Of a DNA stretch of 64,000 bases, positions 37,370 through 53,420 are shown one piece after another (within the stretch, counting starts at the first letter, position 1; each line of letters opens with the position of its first letter). Origin of the DNA: the human T2T-CHM13v2.0 reference genome, Homo sapiens. The position numbers were made by a program, and so were the translations under genes. The stretch lies in assembly GCF_009914755.1 (NCBI RefSeq), contig NC_060948.1; one strand, 5' to 3'. The notes below the pieces were generated by a model that ran no database searches, was not told the origin of the DNA, and worked only from the letters and a program-made list of their open reading frames with translations.

Positions 37370-39639
37370 CCTTTTTCATTCTTGAAAGTAGAAGCTATGA
37401 AAAAAAAAAAAACACTAAAATGTCTTTAAGAGAACAGTCTACTTACGATCTAACTTACATAATCAAAACACTCAATTGAGGGTGAAAATTGAGTATAATA
37501 ATAAAATAATCACCAATTTTGTGAGAGGTTCCATACATAATGCTCCTCCACCCAATACATACCTTAAAAAGAAAAAAGGAAACATACAAAATTATCTTGA
37601 GAAGTATTCCTGCTTAAACAATTTCCATGTGGCATTATTAAGAAAGTATGCACACAGTAAAGACAAGAAGAGAACACGTAAGCATGAACATACTTGTTAG
37701 GCATATAGGACTATAAGTAATTTAAAAATTCTAATGGTATTACTCTTATGTAATTGCTCTGAAATTCTAGTCAATTGTTTGAAATGGCAATCAGAACAGA
37801 ATACTTTGAAATTTTTATGATGTCAAAAACTAAAAACGTGGCCCTAAATATTCCAAAGAATCAGAGCAGAAGAACCCATTTCCTTAAATGGCATTTGAGT
37901 GTTCTTTACAATGGAAACTTTCTCTCTCAACCTGTGATGGCCAGGAGTTTTTCCTCTGACAATAGCACTGATCTTACCCTATTCAAAATATGAACATCTG
38001 CAAGGTTTCATGGTTAAAATTGTTCTTATCCATTCTGTTGTGAGAATCGAATGGTTCACACCATGCGGCTCCTCTCTGGGACTCCTCAAGTCCTTTCTAG
38101 GTCTGAAGACTGTTCTCTGAACCAAAGACAACTTCTGGGGATGTACCAAATCTCCCATTAGAAAATTATTTAGATCAAGATGTTTTAACCTTTTAATTCT
38201 TTCTCAAACAAAATAATTTCATTTCTCCTTTAATGTTATTTTAAATTTCAAAATACACAGATAGCATACCTAAAGTAAAATCAAGGGAATGATAGTTTTA
38301 GAACAAAAACTGTGGTAATTTTGAAAACACAAAAGCTAAGACCACTGATTAGATCTATGTGGACACCAAGTCCACCACAAATGGTTCTGTCCTCCGGGGC
38401 TCTGCCCACACCTTTCCCTTGCTTGAGATTCCTTCTGCTTCCTACCCTTCCAAATGCTGTATTTCCCCCCAGAAGACTTGCCAAGACCACTCTAGCCTGC
38501 GCATCTTCTGTTCCAGCTAACCAAAGGCATCCTTGCATTGACTAAACCAAATTATTTTGCAGAGAAGGCATCTAAAAACTTCTACTGTAGACCATTCACC
38601 TTAATAATTGTTATCATGACATTATTCAATAATAAAATGAGGGAAAGAAGTCCTCTTTAACTCCCTTGCCCTAGAGAATCCAAGCAAGTGGCTTTCCCAC
38701 TTGCTTTGCTCAAACCCTGGGAGCTTTCAAAGTGAAAGTTTAATGGAAGGAAAAGAAAATCTAAAAGAAAAACTCTCCGAAAAATTAAACTCAGGTAAAG
38801 AATCATGGGATTACAAATTTTTATTCTTTGTGTATCTGATTTCTGAAACATTTGAAATCTCTCTCTCACTCCTTAAATCTGCCACTGGGCTAAGAGAGTA
38901 TTGTATATAATGTGCACTCATTGATTTAACAGAATTAGAACATCCAGGCACTCACTCAGATTTTGGTTCCACAACTGCTCAAAGTCTAGTCATTTAGTTA
39001 ATGAGTTAACACCACACTTGATCTTCAAATTTTGGAGATGCTGATGGTAGACAGGAACTTGTTTTGGGAAAAGGAAGTATATGGTAGACATTGTCACCCA
39101 TTATCCAACCAACACCACCTTTCCTTTAAAGTACCCCACTCTTCCTTTAAGGTTGCAGAGTCTCAGAAAGTAGGAAGAAAGGAAGTTTTTGCATTTTCAG
39201 GTCAAAAGACAGTACATTTGTACAACTGCATAATACCTATGCAAATGTTTGTTGAAATCTAAACAGAAGACAGAAGTAGTTCTAGTACCTTCACTACATA
39301 AGTAAGATAAGTAAACTTTTCTTTAATATACACTTTCAGCAGCACTGACACATAAAAGTGGTCAACTCTACTACTGTATTAAATGGCATTCATTTCATCA
39401 ATATGTGTTCCAAATTCTTACTGCTCTTTGTCTCCAAAGGGTTCCTACTGAATATTGAGACAGTTCAAGAATACTAGGGAAAAAAATTCTAATAATTGAA
39501 GTAACGGTCATCTAAGGATAATATGCCACATATACAGACATAGTAATATTTTCAACTTAAAAAAATTCAGTTATCAAAGCTGTACAGCAAACACTATCCT
39601 AAGCTTTGCCTCTTCAGGCATTTGCTTTATAATCACTTC

Positions 39640-39930
39640 AAAGAAAAGTCAGTCACAAAATGCCACATTTTGTATGATTCTATTTATATGAAATGTCCAG
39701 GATAGGCAAATCTACAGAGACAGAAATTAGATCAGAGATTGCCAGGATGAACGGCGGGGGAGACAAGCACACAGAGCGACTGCTAATGGGTATGGGGTTT
39801 CTTTTTGGGGAGAAGAAAAGGTTCTGAAATTAGCTAATGGTAATGGCTGCATAACTCTGAATATACTAAAAACCACTGAACTGTACACTTCAAAGGGTGA
39901 GGCTTATCATATAAAAGCTGTACCACAATA
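39640..39930 (+). mobile_element. L1M 3' end fragment
   Basis: TGTATGATTCTATTTATATGAAATGTCCAG...AGGCAAATCTACAGAGACAGAA...AACCACTGAACTGTACACTT. Confidence 0.75.
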
Positions 39931-40766
39931 GTTTGAAAAATGTTTGGGTATGTCAAGAAATAAACAATAGGATCATAGCTCAAAGATATGGGATATAAAA
40001 TATATGGAACAAAACTGCTCAATAATCTATCTAGAATCACACAATGCTTAAGCTTTACCCTGACTAAAATTGCAAGCTTGGTGTTTTATTGGTATTTCAC
40101 ATTTTTTACTTCTTCCTAAGTCAGCCAATAATTCCTCCTCCTTACTTAATATTTGACTATGAAGACCAAGCCATTTTGATTCTGCCTCCAATGGGCTTTC
40201 ACATTTCATTCCTCCTTCCACTCCCATGACTACCACACCAATGTAAGTTCTCCTCACTTCACTCTAAGACAACAGCATGGCCCTCAACTACCGTCACACT
40301 CTTCTAGGCTCTGTGAGCACAATGTGTCTCATATTCTCTTCTACTGTCACCAGATTTATTCGAAAACAGTTTCTTTACTCTTACTCCCATTTCTCAACCA
40401 GTTACATAGAAAGATGAATATCCAGGGGTAATAGTTTACTTACCTGAAAAAAAAAATCTGTCACCAATCCACAGAACTGTTTGAGTACAAAATATTACAT
40501 CCGCAATATTTCCTACAACTCTTCTACATGAATCCTACCCTCCTTGTGTTATAGCTCAAATTGGTTTCGTATACTCTGAATTCCTCGTTCTCTTTCCTAG
40601 ATACCTGATTTTGTTTACTCTTCACCTACGTAAATAATTTTCCTGCAACCTCCCCCAGCTGACCAAACCCCAGTCACATTTCACTGCCCAGCTGAGATCC
40701 CACCTACTTCATGAAGAGCAACTCTTTGCAGCTTTAAACCTCAGATAAATTAAGTCCATGCTTAGC

Positions 40767-41069
40767 TTTTCTTTTTCTTTTTTGTTCAGATGCAGTTTAT
40801 CTTTGTCACCCAGGCTGGAGCGCAGTGGCACGATCTCAGCTCACTGCAGACTCTGCCTCCCGAGTTCAAGCAATTCTCCTGACTCAGTCTTCTGAGTAGC
40901 TGGGATTACCAGTATGCACCACCACATCTGGCAATTTTTTTGTATTTTTGGTAGAGATGGGGCTTCACCATCTTGGCCAGGCTGGTCTCGAACTCCAGAC
41001 CTCAAGTGATCCACCCGCCTCAGCTTCCCAAAGTGCTGGGATTATGGGTGTGTGCCACCGTGCCTGGCC
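40767..41069 (-). mobile_element. AluS element
   Basis: Complete antisense dimer. Confidence 0.88.
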
Positions 41070-42486
41070 CATGGTTAGCCTATGATAATCAATGTGGAAC
41101 TTACAGTTCTTAGTACTTTTAATCTCCTTTTATATAGCTGGCATTTCATATAATGAAAAACACTTTACTAGGACTCAGAAGATTTATTTAGGTAAGTCAC
41201 AAGCTGACTTATTATTCAAATTATTCATCCAAATAATGAGGACCATAACACACTGTGGCAAAAAAGAATCAATGAAGAAACTATGTAACATATTTTAAAA
41301 CTGAAAATGGCATGATTCATAACCTCATGTATTCGTCTCGATTCTAGGTGGTATACTAAGATCATAAACTTACATTCTTGGGATTCTTACAACCAAATGT
41401 TGAAAAGCTATACTGGTCTATTTTATAATCACATTTTAAAATGTTTTCATACATTTATCCTGAATTTGCAGATTTTTATGCAAATCTTTTCTTTGATCAT
41501 TTTTTTTTTCTCAAATAAGATTCTGAACAAAAAATGACCTGTTTTCCTTTCCCTATGCTTATGGGGATATTGAGTCAACATACACAATTTTATAAACCAG
41601 CACATAAAACTAAAGCACAATACTTATGTCCTTTCTCCCCAATCAGGAAGGGCTTCATTACAAAGACATTTTGAAATTCAACTATGACAAACAAAAGAAC
41701 TATGGCTTGGTGGCTAGTTATAGGCCGCTGTAGTGAGCAAGAGACACAAAGTTTAAACATTTACTATTTTTCAGTCTTCTGTTTATTTTGTATACATAAG
41801 TATTTGGCTGGGTTACCTAACACTGAACTTCCAAAATTGACCATTAGGTTGTATGCCAAGAGAAGTACTTTTTATAGCAATTTTACTGCCAAAACCAAAA
41901 CAGCCTAGAGAAGATTTAAAGTTAACAAAATAGTACACAATTCTAAACAACTCTGCTTCACACCCAACCTGGGACTTCCACTCCCCGTAATAGTATATTT
42001 GTGATCAACTTTGTAACAAGCTGACAAAGGGAGACCTCTGACATCTGCTCATGAAGGAATCACTTCAGTATGTCCTGCTCTGCAGCAGAAAATGCATGGG
42101 GATCACTCAGAACTTCAGATTTCTCACAGAGCAGCATTTCCCAGAGTAAGCCAGAAGACACCATCCTCTGAGATGTTGTCAGGAACACTAATAAACAAAT
42201 TTGGGAAAAATAGAAAATGGCATTAAGGCTCCAAGAAGTCCTTTGGTAAAAGACATTTTGAAGCTGGCTTCCCCAAAACCTTGCAATCCCCACAAAACAA
42301 ATATCTATTACCATACCACTATATTAGCACTCACAGAACATTTGGGGAGATTTGGCAAAGATTAGGCTGCAGGCGTCAGGTAAGTAAACTCTTAAAACAC
42401 AATATTGAAAAAAATAGAAATTTAAAAATTTAAACAGAAAAGCAAAAGATAAGTAAATAAATAAAAAATTTTAACAGACAACATTG

Positions 42487-42795
42487 GGCTGGGCAAAGTG
42501 GCTCAGACCCATAATCCTAATACTTTTTCAGTCTCAGCAGGGTGGATCACTTTAACCTGGGAGTTCGAGACCAACATGAGCAACATGGTGAAACCCTGTC
42601 TCTATCAAAAATACAAAAATTAGCTTGGTATGCTGGCATACACCTGTAGTCCCAGCTTCTTAGGAAACTGAGGTGGCAGGATGGCTTGAGCCGGGGAGGC
42701 AGAGGTTGCAGTCAGCTGTGATTGCACCACTCACTCCAGCCTGGGGCAACAGAGAAAGACCCCGTCTCAATAAAATTAAGTAATTAAATAATAAA
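42487..42795 (+). mobile_element. Old Alu
   Basis: Diverged dimer with an AT-rich tail. Confidence 0.82.
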
Positions 42796-43717
42796 ATCAA
42801 TATTCCTTTACTGTGTGGGGAAACTCAAAATGAGCTCAGCACATCCACATGTAATACTAAGGTTTTTTTTTTAAACCCACACTTCTTGTTTCTCTGAACT
42901 TTTACACATGGATATCATGTCCAGACAACTATTCCGTAGTATCAGCACCACAGTTAATATGTATTCTGATTATTCAGAATGATTCTTAACAGGATCTTAG
43001 CCCCCAAAACACATACATAAGTATGTAAAGCAAATACAACTAAAAATAACTAGCAACAAAGCTCTTCTGGAGAAAGTTCTGAAGTCTGAAGTAGTCACTC
43101 ATATTTTTACCCTAAATGCAACTATTACTATCTCAACCATAGAAATGATCAAAGTAAGGGCTGGAGATATTTAGATTTTAATCACCATAAGGTGGATTAT
43201 GTCAAGTAATGGAATTAGTCAGCTGAGTGTTTGAAAATCCTCAGGTTACTTTCAATTGCTCATACTTTAAGGGTCTACAGAACATTTCATAACTAACCTA
43301 GCAAACTGTGACTTTTCCCCACTTCTGTAAGACTTTCAATCACAAAAAAGAAGCAATACAAATTTCAGTAAAACTACATGACAATTACCATTTGATTCTA
43401 CTACACTGCAACTATCACCTCTAGAAGTAATCAGCCAACTCCATAGGTCCATGAGATTTCCCATGATTATTCCTAGAAGTACTAATTAGGATCACAGGTA
43501 TGTGGGGACCACTCTGTAATCATAACATTCTCTAAACCTTCAATCATAATTTACATTTGAAAAACCTTTGGTTTTTATGATTAAAAAGTATGTATGAATA
43601 TATATATATATATGTATGTATGTGTAAATATGTGCATGTGTGTGTGTATATATATGTGTATATATGCATATATATAACACTAAAATCTCTACCTGTCAAC
43701 AACATAATGCTTTATAA

Positions 43718-43862
43718 CCAGTGGTTCCAGATGTAGGCCCCAGAACAACAGTATCAGTTTCACCTGGGAACTTCTTAAAAACGTAAATGCTCAGGCAACA
43801 CCACAGACCTACTGAATCAGAAACCCTGGGACTAGCTCTCCAAATGATTCTGGTGCATACTA
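43718..43862 (+). mobile_element. MER5A-like DNA transposon relic
   Basis: CAGTGGTTC...CACCTGGGAACTT...AGACCTACTGAATCAGAAAC...TGATTCTGGTGCA. Confidence 0.65.
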
Positions 43863-43879
43863 TATTAAAAAAAAAATGT

Positions 43880-44035
43880 AACCCAGGCACAGCAGCTCAT
43901 GCCTGTCATCCCAGCAACTTGGGAGGGCAAGGTGGGAGGATCACTTGAGCCCAGGAGTTCAAGAACAGCCAGAGCAACATAGTGAGACCTCATCTCTACA
44001 AAAAATTTTTTTAAACTAAAAAAAAAAAAAAAAAG
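43880..44035 (+). mobile_element. Alu monomer (FLAM-like)
   Basis: Left-arm sequence with an A tail. Confidence 0.8.
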
Positions 44036-44399
44036 CATTTAAAGTAAACACTTAATCACTTAAACTTATGATCCTGAGAGAACAGGTAACACCACTCAAA
44101 CAAATGGAGGATCAAATGGAAAGTTATCCTAAAAAGCAAATAAGCAAGCTTAATTAATTTTAAGAACATTGTTAATACTATATACTATTTAGAAGATTTT
44201 AAAATAATCTATAAAAGAATATGTACATTTATTATCAGATAATGGGTGAGAGTCATAAAGGTAAAATTAGTACAGAAAAAATGAAATGAAAACCAAAGCA
44301 AATAAAAATGAAGTTAAAATCAGGCCCAAACAGAACAGTGTTGTGGTAAACTTATGTAACATATGAAGGGGCTTCACTTCAATAGAACTATATAAAGGA

Positions 44400-45535
44400 A
44401 CCATTGCAATAATGATAGACTAGGTAACTTAGATCAATCCTCTCACTGAGAACTAGAAAGGTGGACAAAATGTAATGATTACAGGGCTGAGAAAAGGGAA
44501 TACCAGAGAACAGGGTCTTCTTTTTTACCCTTTGGGTTTTCTTGCAATGACAGCAGAGAAGAAGAGGTTAACAAGCTGAGCTAGAACTCACAGCCTCACA
44601 GAGCTCACAGGGAGATAAACATTGGAGCTCAGCATCCACTGAGGAGAGGCCCTGTTAAGTCTCCCACTCCTTAGGTTGGGAACCTGAAGAACAAACTGCA
44701 AATTGCCCCGACAGGGAATGATGGCCAGATTTAATCATCTCAATCCCTGATTGTTAATTTCCAAGCCCCTGGCAGGGGAAATGTAAATCCTCTCTGGAGA
44801 AGAATATCATCCAAGGCTTCAAATTAGCTCTACAATTTTTCCATATATAATGTCTATCACTAAAAATAGAAAGCCACATGAGACTTAAAGATGACACAAC
44901 AGAAAACAAGAGAAGCAAACAACAGACACAAAACCACAAGGGATCAAGATAACAGAGTTAGCAGACACAGTTCAATATAACTGCTGAACATGAGCAAGGA
45001 AAGATGGGACAAGACTAAAAACCTGGCAGAGAAATGCAAATTATAAAATGAACCATATGAAATTCTGCAATTTAGAACTACCAAAACTGAAATTAATAAC
45101 GTAATGGATAAGCTTAACCACAGCAGTAACCTAGCAGAAGACAGATTCAGTAAACTGCAAAAAGTTCAGAAAGACAAAAAGGTGGAAAATTGAGAAAATA
45201 AAAGACAACATATTGAAAAGTTTATCACATACGTAGAGCACTGGAAGAAAAACAAGAATGGGACAGAAGCAAGAGCTGAAGATATGGTTGTGGAGAATTT
45301 CCCAAAACTGATCAAAGACTTCACAAGATTTAACCACCATAAACACTTCAAGAGAAACAATGGAAGCTGGCATAAGAGAATGATATCTGCGAAGTGCTGA
45401 AAGAAGGAAACTGCCCATCTAGAGAATTACGCTCAATGAAGATACTCTTCAATGATGAAATAAAAAGCAAGGATTTTTTCTATCTGCAGACTCACACTAA
45501 AGGAAATATTAAAGGATATTTTCAGACAGGAGAAA
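44400..45535 (+). mobile_element. Ancient L1M 5'/ORF1 fragment
   Basis: A-rich, with ORF1-like motifs (GAGTTAGCAGAC, AACTGAAATTAA...ATGGATAAGCTTAAC, GAGAATTTCCCAAAACTGAT, AAGTGCTGAAAGAA). Boundaries approximate. Confidence 0.55.
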
Positions 45536-46783
45536 GAGGTTCCTCTGCATCAAAACCTGGGGACTCTATTCCATAAGCTCTGTACCCTGGAACTCAGGAA
45601 TCAAGATTTTACAGAAATAAAAAGAGTTCTTCAGGGAGGGGAAAATAAAGGTTGAGGGTGACTGGTAAAATTAAGTTTGAGTTACCTTAGTATATTTTAA
45701 CTCAGAATGAGACTCTCAGGATCTACAAGGATCTCATGAAATTATCTGATTTCCCATTTGACATCTCAGCCTTCTAAGTTATTCTTAAAGATGAAGAACA
45801 TTCTAGTTTTCAAAGACTACATCACCAGATGGGTCTAAATAGTTACAAGTCACTTCCTTACATTGAGTTGAAAATCACCTCTTTGTAATTTGACTTATTA
45901 GTTCTAGTTTTATGCCCTGTCTTCACCAAAAATGAATAAAAACTAATGCTTCCATATACATACTCCTTCAAATAGTTTAAGACAATCTATCATGAACCAG
46001 AACCCCCAAGTTTTCCTCTCCAAATCCACAATTTCACCAGCTATCCTAGGACATGGAAAAGAATCTCTTCCCAATCCTGGCTATTATTCTCTAAATGAAC
46101 CTAACCTTATCTAAGTAGATCTTTCTTAAAGTGCTACCTCAGAATTCAATTCAGTAATTCTGATGTTGCCTGTAACATCGGAAAATGACTTCCTTAAAAG
46201 TACAGTAAGTTGGATTTACCAAGTTGCTGACCAGGGCACATTTCCTCCTGCAGTCACTCCCATCTTTGTGTTATACTGTATCTCAAGTTCAATTTTGCTT
46301 ATTATTCATGACTCTCAGGTTGTCACTGTGGACATCAGAGGCCATAAACCTATTGTTCTGGCTCTTTCCTGTAAATCTTTCTGAGTCATACCTGCTAATC
46401 TCCAAAGTCTGTGAATCCCGATACTAATAACTTGGCAATTCAGTTTAAGGTCCTCTTCAGAAGGACAGTTAGCTCAAAGCAATCACATTCTTCCCAGGCC
46501 TCTTAAGAAATACTCCAACCCCAGAAAAGGCCCTTCTGTCTGGTATCAGGAGCCATGGGCCACAAACACAAATCCAATAGCATTTCAGCCATTTACCTCC
46601 CAAATCATCCCCTCCCTGAAGTTCTAACTAGAGCAGGAAAAAATAATGAAAACACCACCTGCAGTCACAAATCCTCCAATTTCCTGGCCAAGATTTCATA
46701 TTCCCTTCAAGATACCTCCCAAAGAGGACATGACAAGGGAGGGGCACAGAGGGTGCTACAGGTACTGATAAGGTTCTATTTCT

Positions 46784-47127
<344 letters not shown>

Positions 47128-47609
47128 TGATTTAATGTTTTTTTAAAAAAATGGTATCTTCCTGTTTTGTGTGTGTGTGTGTTTTTTGTTGTAGGCCTGT
47201 GTGCTTCATTCATTCACCCATATGAATCCATAAAGAAGTAGCCATTAGCAACTTCAGTCAATATATACTGGATTCATGCTTCAGGAAGACAACTCAGTTG
47301 ACAACCACAACAGTTTCTATGATAACAAAACTGAGAGAAAATACTAACATTAGGGTCATTTCAAGACAGTTCAATCATAAGATATATCCCCAAGCAAAAA
47401 TACGCACATGTAAAAGCTAAGTAAGAAGCTTTTAGAAAACTACTACCATCCTTAAAGTACAACAAAGTATTCTTTTACGTCTGTGTGCTTCATCAAAATA
47501 CTTCATATAGCCATAGATTTTAAAACATTACATCTTATCTAGATTCCATATTAGACCATTAACATTTTTTCTAGATTCCATTCTTATTCTTTTGTAACCT
47601 TTTAGTATC

Positions 47610-48400
47610 TTAAAAGTACTTTATTAAATATAACACATTCAGAAAAGTACATAAAATATACCTTAAGGTAGACCTTAACAAGTTATTCTAAATTATTTGC
47701 TCATGTAACCACCAACCTAGTCCAGAAATATATTACAGCCAGTATCCAAGAAGCCCACAGATGTACCTTTCAGTTCACACCTCCCTACCTCCCACCTAGA
47801 TGGACTCCTTACCCTACCCTGTGTGTAATCGCCTCTTTTTTCTTGATAGTTTTACTGCCCAAGTATGAATCCATAAAGAAGTGTTCCTCAGTTTTCTTTT
47901 ATGTTCTATGGCTGTTTGGAGGGCAGCAGACCATTATAATAGGTCAGATTTTCTTTCACTCTAAGGACCAATTTTCACTCCACTGCAGGCGATATTGCCT
48001 GCGCTAAGAATGTATGCCCTAACCAACATTAGTTTTGCCTATTTTTGAACTCTATATAGAGGAAATTGTACAAAATAGGTTTTGGGGATCTGGTCTCTTT
48101 TGCTTAACATAGCGTTCAGGATTCACTCATCTTGTCCCACATGACTGTAAGCCATTTTATGAATACCACAATTCTCCATTTTATTGGAATGAACATTTGG
48201 GTTATTTTCTGTTTGGGGTTATTATAAATGATGCTGCTCTGAACATTCCTGTGTCTCCTGGCACATATGTACTCATTTCTTGTGTGGTATATATCCATGA
48301 GATTCCTGAACCATAGGGTATGAGTATCTTCCACTTTACGAAACTGTTTTCCAAAACACTTGTACAAATATATACCCCCATTCATAGGATATAGAGTCTC
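47610..48400 (-). mobile_element. Ancient L1M 3' fragment
   Basis: CATGTAACCACCA, TTTTGCCTATTTTTGAACTCTATATA, AATGATGCTGCTCTGAACATTCCTGT. Confidence 0.6.
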
Positions 48401-48984
48401 ATAAAAATTTTCTTACCTTAAAACATAAGCAAAATGTCTCCTATCTCTTCTTCTTCTTTTAAGATCTGAAGATCACTGTGTAAAGGACTATCAGGGTCAA
48501 CCTTCAGAATTCCAAAACAAAAAACAATTCAAACAAAAAGATTATTATTATTATTTGTATTAATTTTACTAACTCAAAAATGAACCAATCTGAAAGCTAA
48601 AATACAGCACCTAGGGTAATTTCCAGAAAGAGGAGACCTTAAGCTGCTTTATATCCCCAGGAAAACTAGAGGCCACTATAGCTTCCAGCTCCTTTAGAAT
48701 AAATGTCCCAAAGAGATTATAATAGCCTAAATCTAATCTAATAAGGGGGTTCAGAGTTTGCAGTCATTCTAAAGGAAAACAGTCGCATGTATATAATTTT
48801 CTCAAGAATTCAAAAAAAGTTTAATATGCTTTCCTAAACTTGTATTACTAGCCAAGTTGTTCAAGGAGAAAAATTTGCCATGGACAGAGCTGTCAAAAAA
48901 GTTAAATCACCAAAAAATTGGTATTTTTCTACAACTGTCCTACATACACATATATAAATATGTATCCCACCTCCCACTCTCCTT

Positions 48985-49150
48985 TTTTGTTTGTTTGTTT
49001 TATGACACAGGGTGTCTCACTCTGTCACCCAGGCTGGAATATAATGGTGCAATCACGGCTCATTGCAGCCTTGACTTTTCCAAGCTCAAAAGATCTTCCT
49101 GCCTCAGTCTCCTACCACCCCTAGTAGCTGGGACTGTAAGTGTACTCCAC
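48985..49150 (-). mobile_element. Alu monomer (FRAM-like)
   Basis: Right-arm sequence only. Confidence 0.7.
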
Positions 49151-49770
49151 CTATATATTTTAAAAGTAATAACATAACTACCTCCACAATAAGAGTTGAT
49201 TATGCTGCTTTCAAAACCTGGGGAAAAAATCATAAAATCAACTTGGCAATCATTATCTGTATATTGAAATGTATTATTTGTATTAAATTATCAAGCAATA
49301 TTGCTCAAGCTTTTTGCCAGAAGATAAAAATCACGCAAATATTCACTCTATCAGGAAGATGGCAAAATAAAATTCCAATGGACCTATAAAAACAATTTCT
49401 TTAATTCCAAAATACAAGCAAACTAATCCTATCTTACTCCCTACATCTTTTGGAACTTGATTACATTTGAGTTTCACAAAATAAAGCTAGTAAACATTTC
49501 CATTTCTGTCCAGTTTTAAGAAACAACATTTATAATCTGACAACAGAAAAGAACAAAAGAATGATAAGAAGAACAGGGATTTAGAGATCCTTACCTGTCT
49601 TATAACTCTGTGATCTGTATAAGTCCCTGAAATCTTTCTTAAGTCTATCTGAAGCTTGCACTGACCCAGACACTGCAGCCTGAAACACAAAAGCTGCTGT
49701 TTACCAGGGTCTACTGAGCCAAATAATTTAAAGATTTAAGGTATTTCAACCTGCTCTAAAAGATTACAGT

Positions 49771-50111
<341 letters not shown>

Positions 50112-51618
50112 TCAACAATTTAAGAAGTAAAAGGAAAAAGTCCAATTAAATGAAGCATTATGAAATTTCAAGGGAATATAAAACTAGACACAAGTCTGGT
50201 TCATTTCCATTTTCCTATCACCTAAAAAACTCTAGCCAACATGTTCATACCACCATGGACTCCACGATAGCATAGAATTCAGTATGAGTCTATTTCAAAC
50301 CCCAGCAATTTTTGAGAATACTCAAGATGACAAAATATTAAGTAAAATAGGCTTCCATTCATAAGACTGCAAGCAAGAATATCACACAGATGGTCTAGTT
50401 CACACATGAAGACACTGAGAACCATGTGTGCCTACATGCAACTGGTTTCAGTTTTTCAGTGCAGGGACTTCTCTAAAGATGAAAACACATTGATATCTTA
50501 TCCTAAGACTAAATAGAAATGGAACTACTTTTTGGTCATGTGCAACTAAAGCTTTTAAAGACTGCACTAGAATTTGAAGGGGAAAAAAATCAAGTTTATA
50601 AAAATATTACCTCCTAGCTATATAACCCTGAACTAATTTCATATCTATAAAATGTGAGTTTTTCCTATCTCTAAAGTATAAACAGCACCTATTTCACACA
50701 GTGGCTATGATGACTAAATGAAAAGATCTATAAAGTATTAAGTATGAAGTATTTAGCATAGTATCAGTCATACAAAATTATTCAATAATTTTTACTTGTT
50801 TTGAAGATAACTCAAACTGGACTTGATCACAAGACACAGAAAGTACAATAACATTAATTAAAATGCTACAATCTTAGTTTTTTAAATAATCAAAATATGG
50901 GGATTAACTAAATTTATTTGCTGTATGAAAAATTACCAATTAAATTAATATACAAATAAGATTGAAGGAGGGAGAGTTACCTATCTGATTGCAACACTTG
51001 ACATCTGCTTGCTTAACAATTCATTCCCTGTTTTGGAGAACCTGTGCCCAAGACAAAGTAACTGGTCCTCGGATATTGTGGAGTTGGTAAATAGCTCTAA
51101 TACAAGGCAGGAAGCAGTAAGTGTTCAGACAATCATTTGATGTTTCCCTACTCTGTCTAAGCATTTTATGAGTAACATGCATCATTTTAATTTATTTTTC
51201 ATAGCAACCATCCAAAAGATATGTACTGTCTATCCATATTTTAGAGTTGCACAAAGTGAAACCACAAAAGGTGTGTCTGTCACCAAACTCAGTGTTCCTT
51301 TCCCATCCTGCCACTTCACATAAAAGAGATGTTAAGTCAAAAGAGAAACCCTACTTTTGGTTTGGTCAGAGCAGGATGGATCAAAGTCAGCTTCATGAAG
51401 GAGAAATAATTTGAGTTGTGTTTTGTAGGAGAGAATGAACTTGAATATACAGATGCCACAGAAGGAAGGTAAGCAGAGAACACAGCATAGACAAGCTGGA
51501 AAGGGGCATATACAGGGATCAGCAGGTGGTTCCAGGATGTGAAGAGCAGATCAACAGGGTAAAAAGTGGCTATTCATGGATGAGAAAGATAACCTTGGGC
51601 AACAAAGCATATGAGTGT

Positions 51619-51910
<292 letters not shown>

Positions 51911-52435
51911 ATAAACATATGACTGAATCTACCACTAAGGCAGGAATGGAGGAGGAGAGCAGCTAAGATCAGCATGTTCATGAATTGCCTGGTATTAACT
52001 ATAATTACTTAACCAAAAAGTCCAGATATTTATACACACATTTAAATGGCCTTGCCTTTCAGTCTTCCTAATTTTCTCTAATATTGCCCAATTTTCTTTT
52101 TCAGTTCCTTCATCTTCCAACTTCTTCTCACTAGTAGGCTCTTCTTTCATCTCATAGTGATCTAAGTCTTCTATATCCTGCAAAAAGAAGAAAAATATTA
52201 GCCAATTCAACCCACTTTCCTTCAGCAGTTTCTTATGCCAAAACTTAAATTATTCTTGACTCGGTGGGGGACAAGAAACAGAATATATCTATCCTATGGG
52301 GAGAGAGAAAAAGCCCCCACATTCCATTCAAGAGGCTCCCACCTTTTATATCCTGTAATTTATTTAAAAGCTAGACTCTGGGGAAAGCAGATTTAAAAGC
52401 TTTACAAAGTCACACCTATTATGAAATAAGCCATC

Positions 52436-52761
52436 ATTTATTTATTTACTTCTTTAATTTATTTTATTTTTTTTTGTACGATAGAGTCTCACTCTGTCAT
52501 TCAGGCAGGAGTATAGTGGGGCAATCTCTGCTCACTGCAACCTCTGCCTCCCAGGTTCAAGTGATTCTCATGCCTCAGTCTCCTGAGTAGCTGGGATTAC
52601 AGACGTACACTGCCACGCCCAGCTAATTTCTTTGTATGTTTAATAGAGACAGGGTTTCAACATGTTGGCCAGGCTGGTCTCAAACTTATGACATCAAGTG
52701 ATCTGCCCACCTCAGCCTCCCAAAGTGCTGGGATTACTGGCATCAGACACCACGCCCAGCC
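52436..52761 (-). mobile_element. AluS element
   Basis: Antisense dimer with a TSD-like AAGCCATC on both sides. Confidence 0.88.
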
Positions 52762-53294
52762 AAGCCATCTTTTAAATCTCTTCTCAAGAGGAACCTTTGA
52801 AACAGTTTAGCAGCAGGTGTCAAGAACCTTAAGTGTTCATAGTTTGTTCCAGATACTCGACCTCTAGAACTGTATTACAAGAAACTAGTCTAAGATGTAA
52901 ACACAAATTTAGGCATAAGGATACCTATTTCAACCTTGCAACCACAAAAACAAACACAAAATCTGCATGTGCAAAAATAGCAAAACAGTTAATTCAATTC
53001 CATGAACTATTAAGAAGCCACTGAAATATCAACACAGCATAATTTCTCCTGTATCGAAAAACTTTGAAATGAAAAATGGATTACACAAAGGAATAGAAAG
53101 AATTTCAATTATGCTGAAATAAGCACAGAAAAAGACGAGAAGAACTTATATTGAAATCTTAATTTCAATTAATTTTAGTTGTTATCTCTGGAGACATTTG
53201 GTGCTTTACCCTAATTTCCAAGTTTATGGTTTTATGTAGTAAGCACCTATTGATGCTAATGACTTAAAAATAAGTTAGAAAAAGAATTTGATGT

Positions 53295-53420
<126 letters not shown>

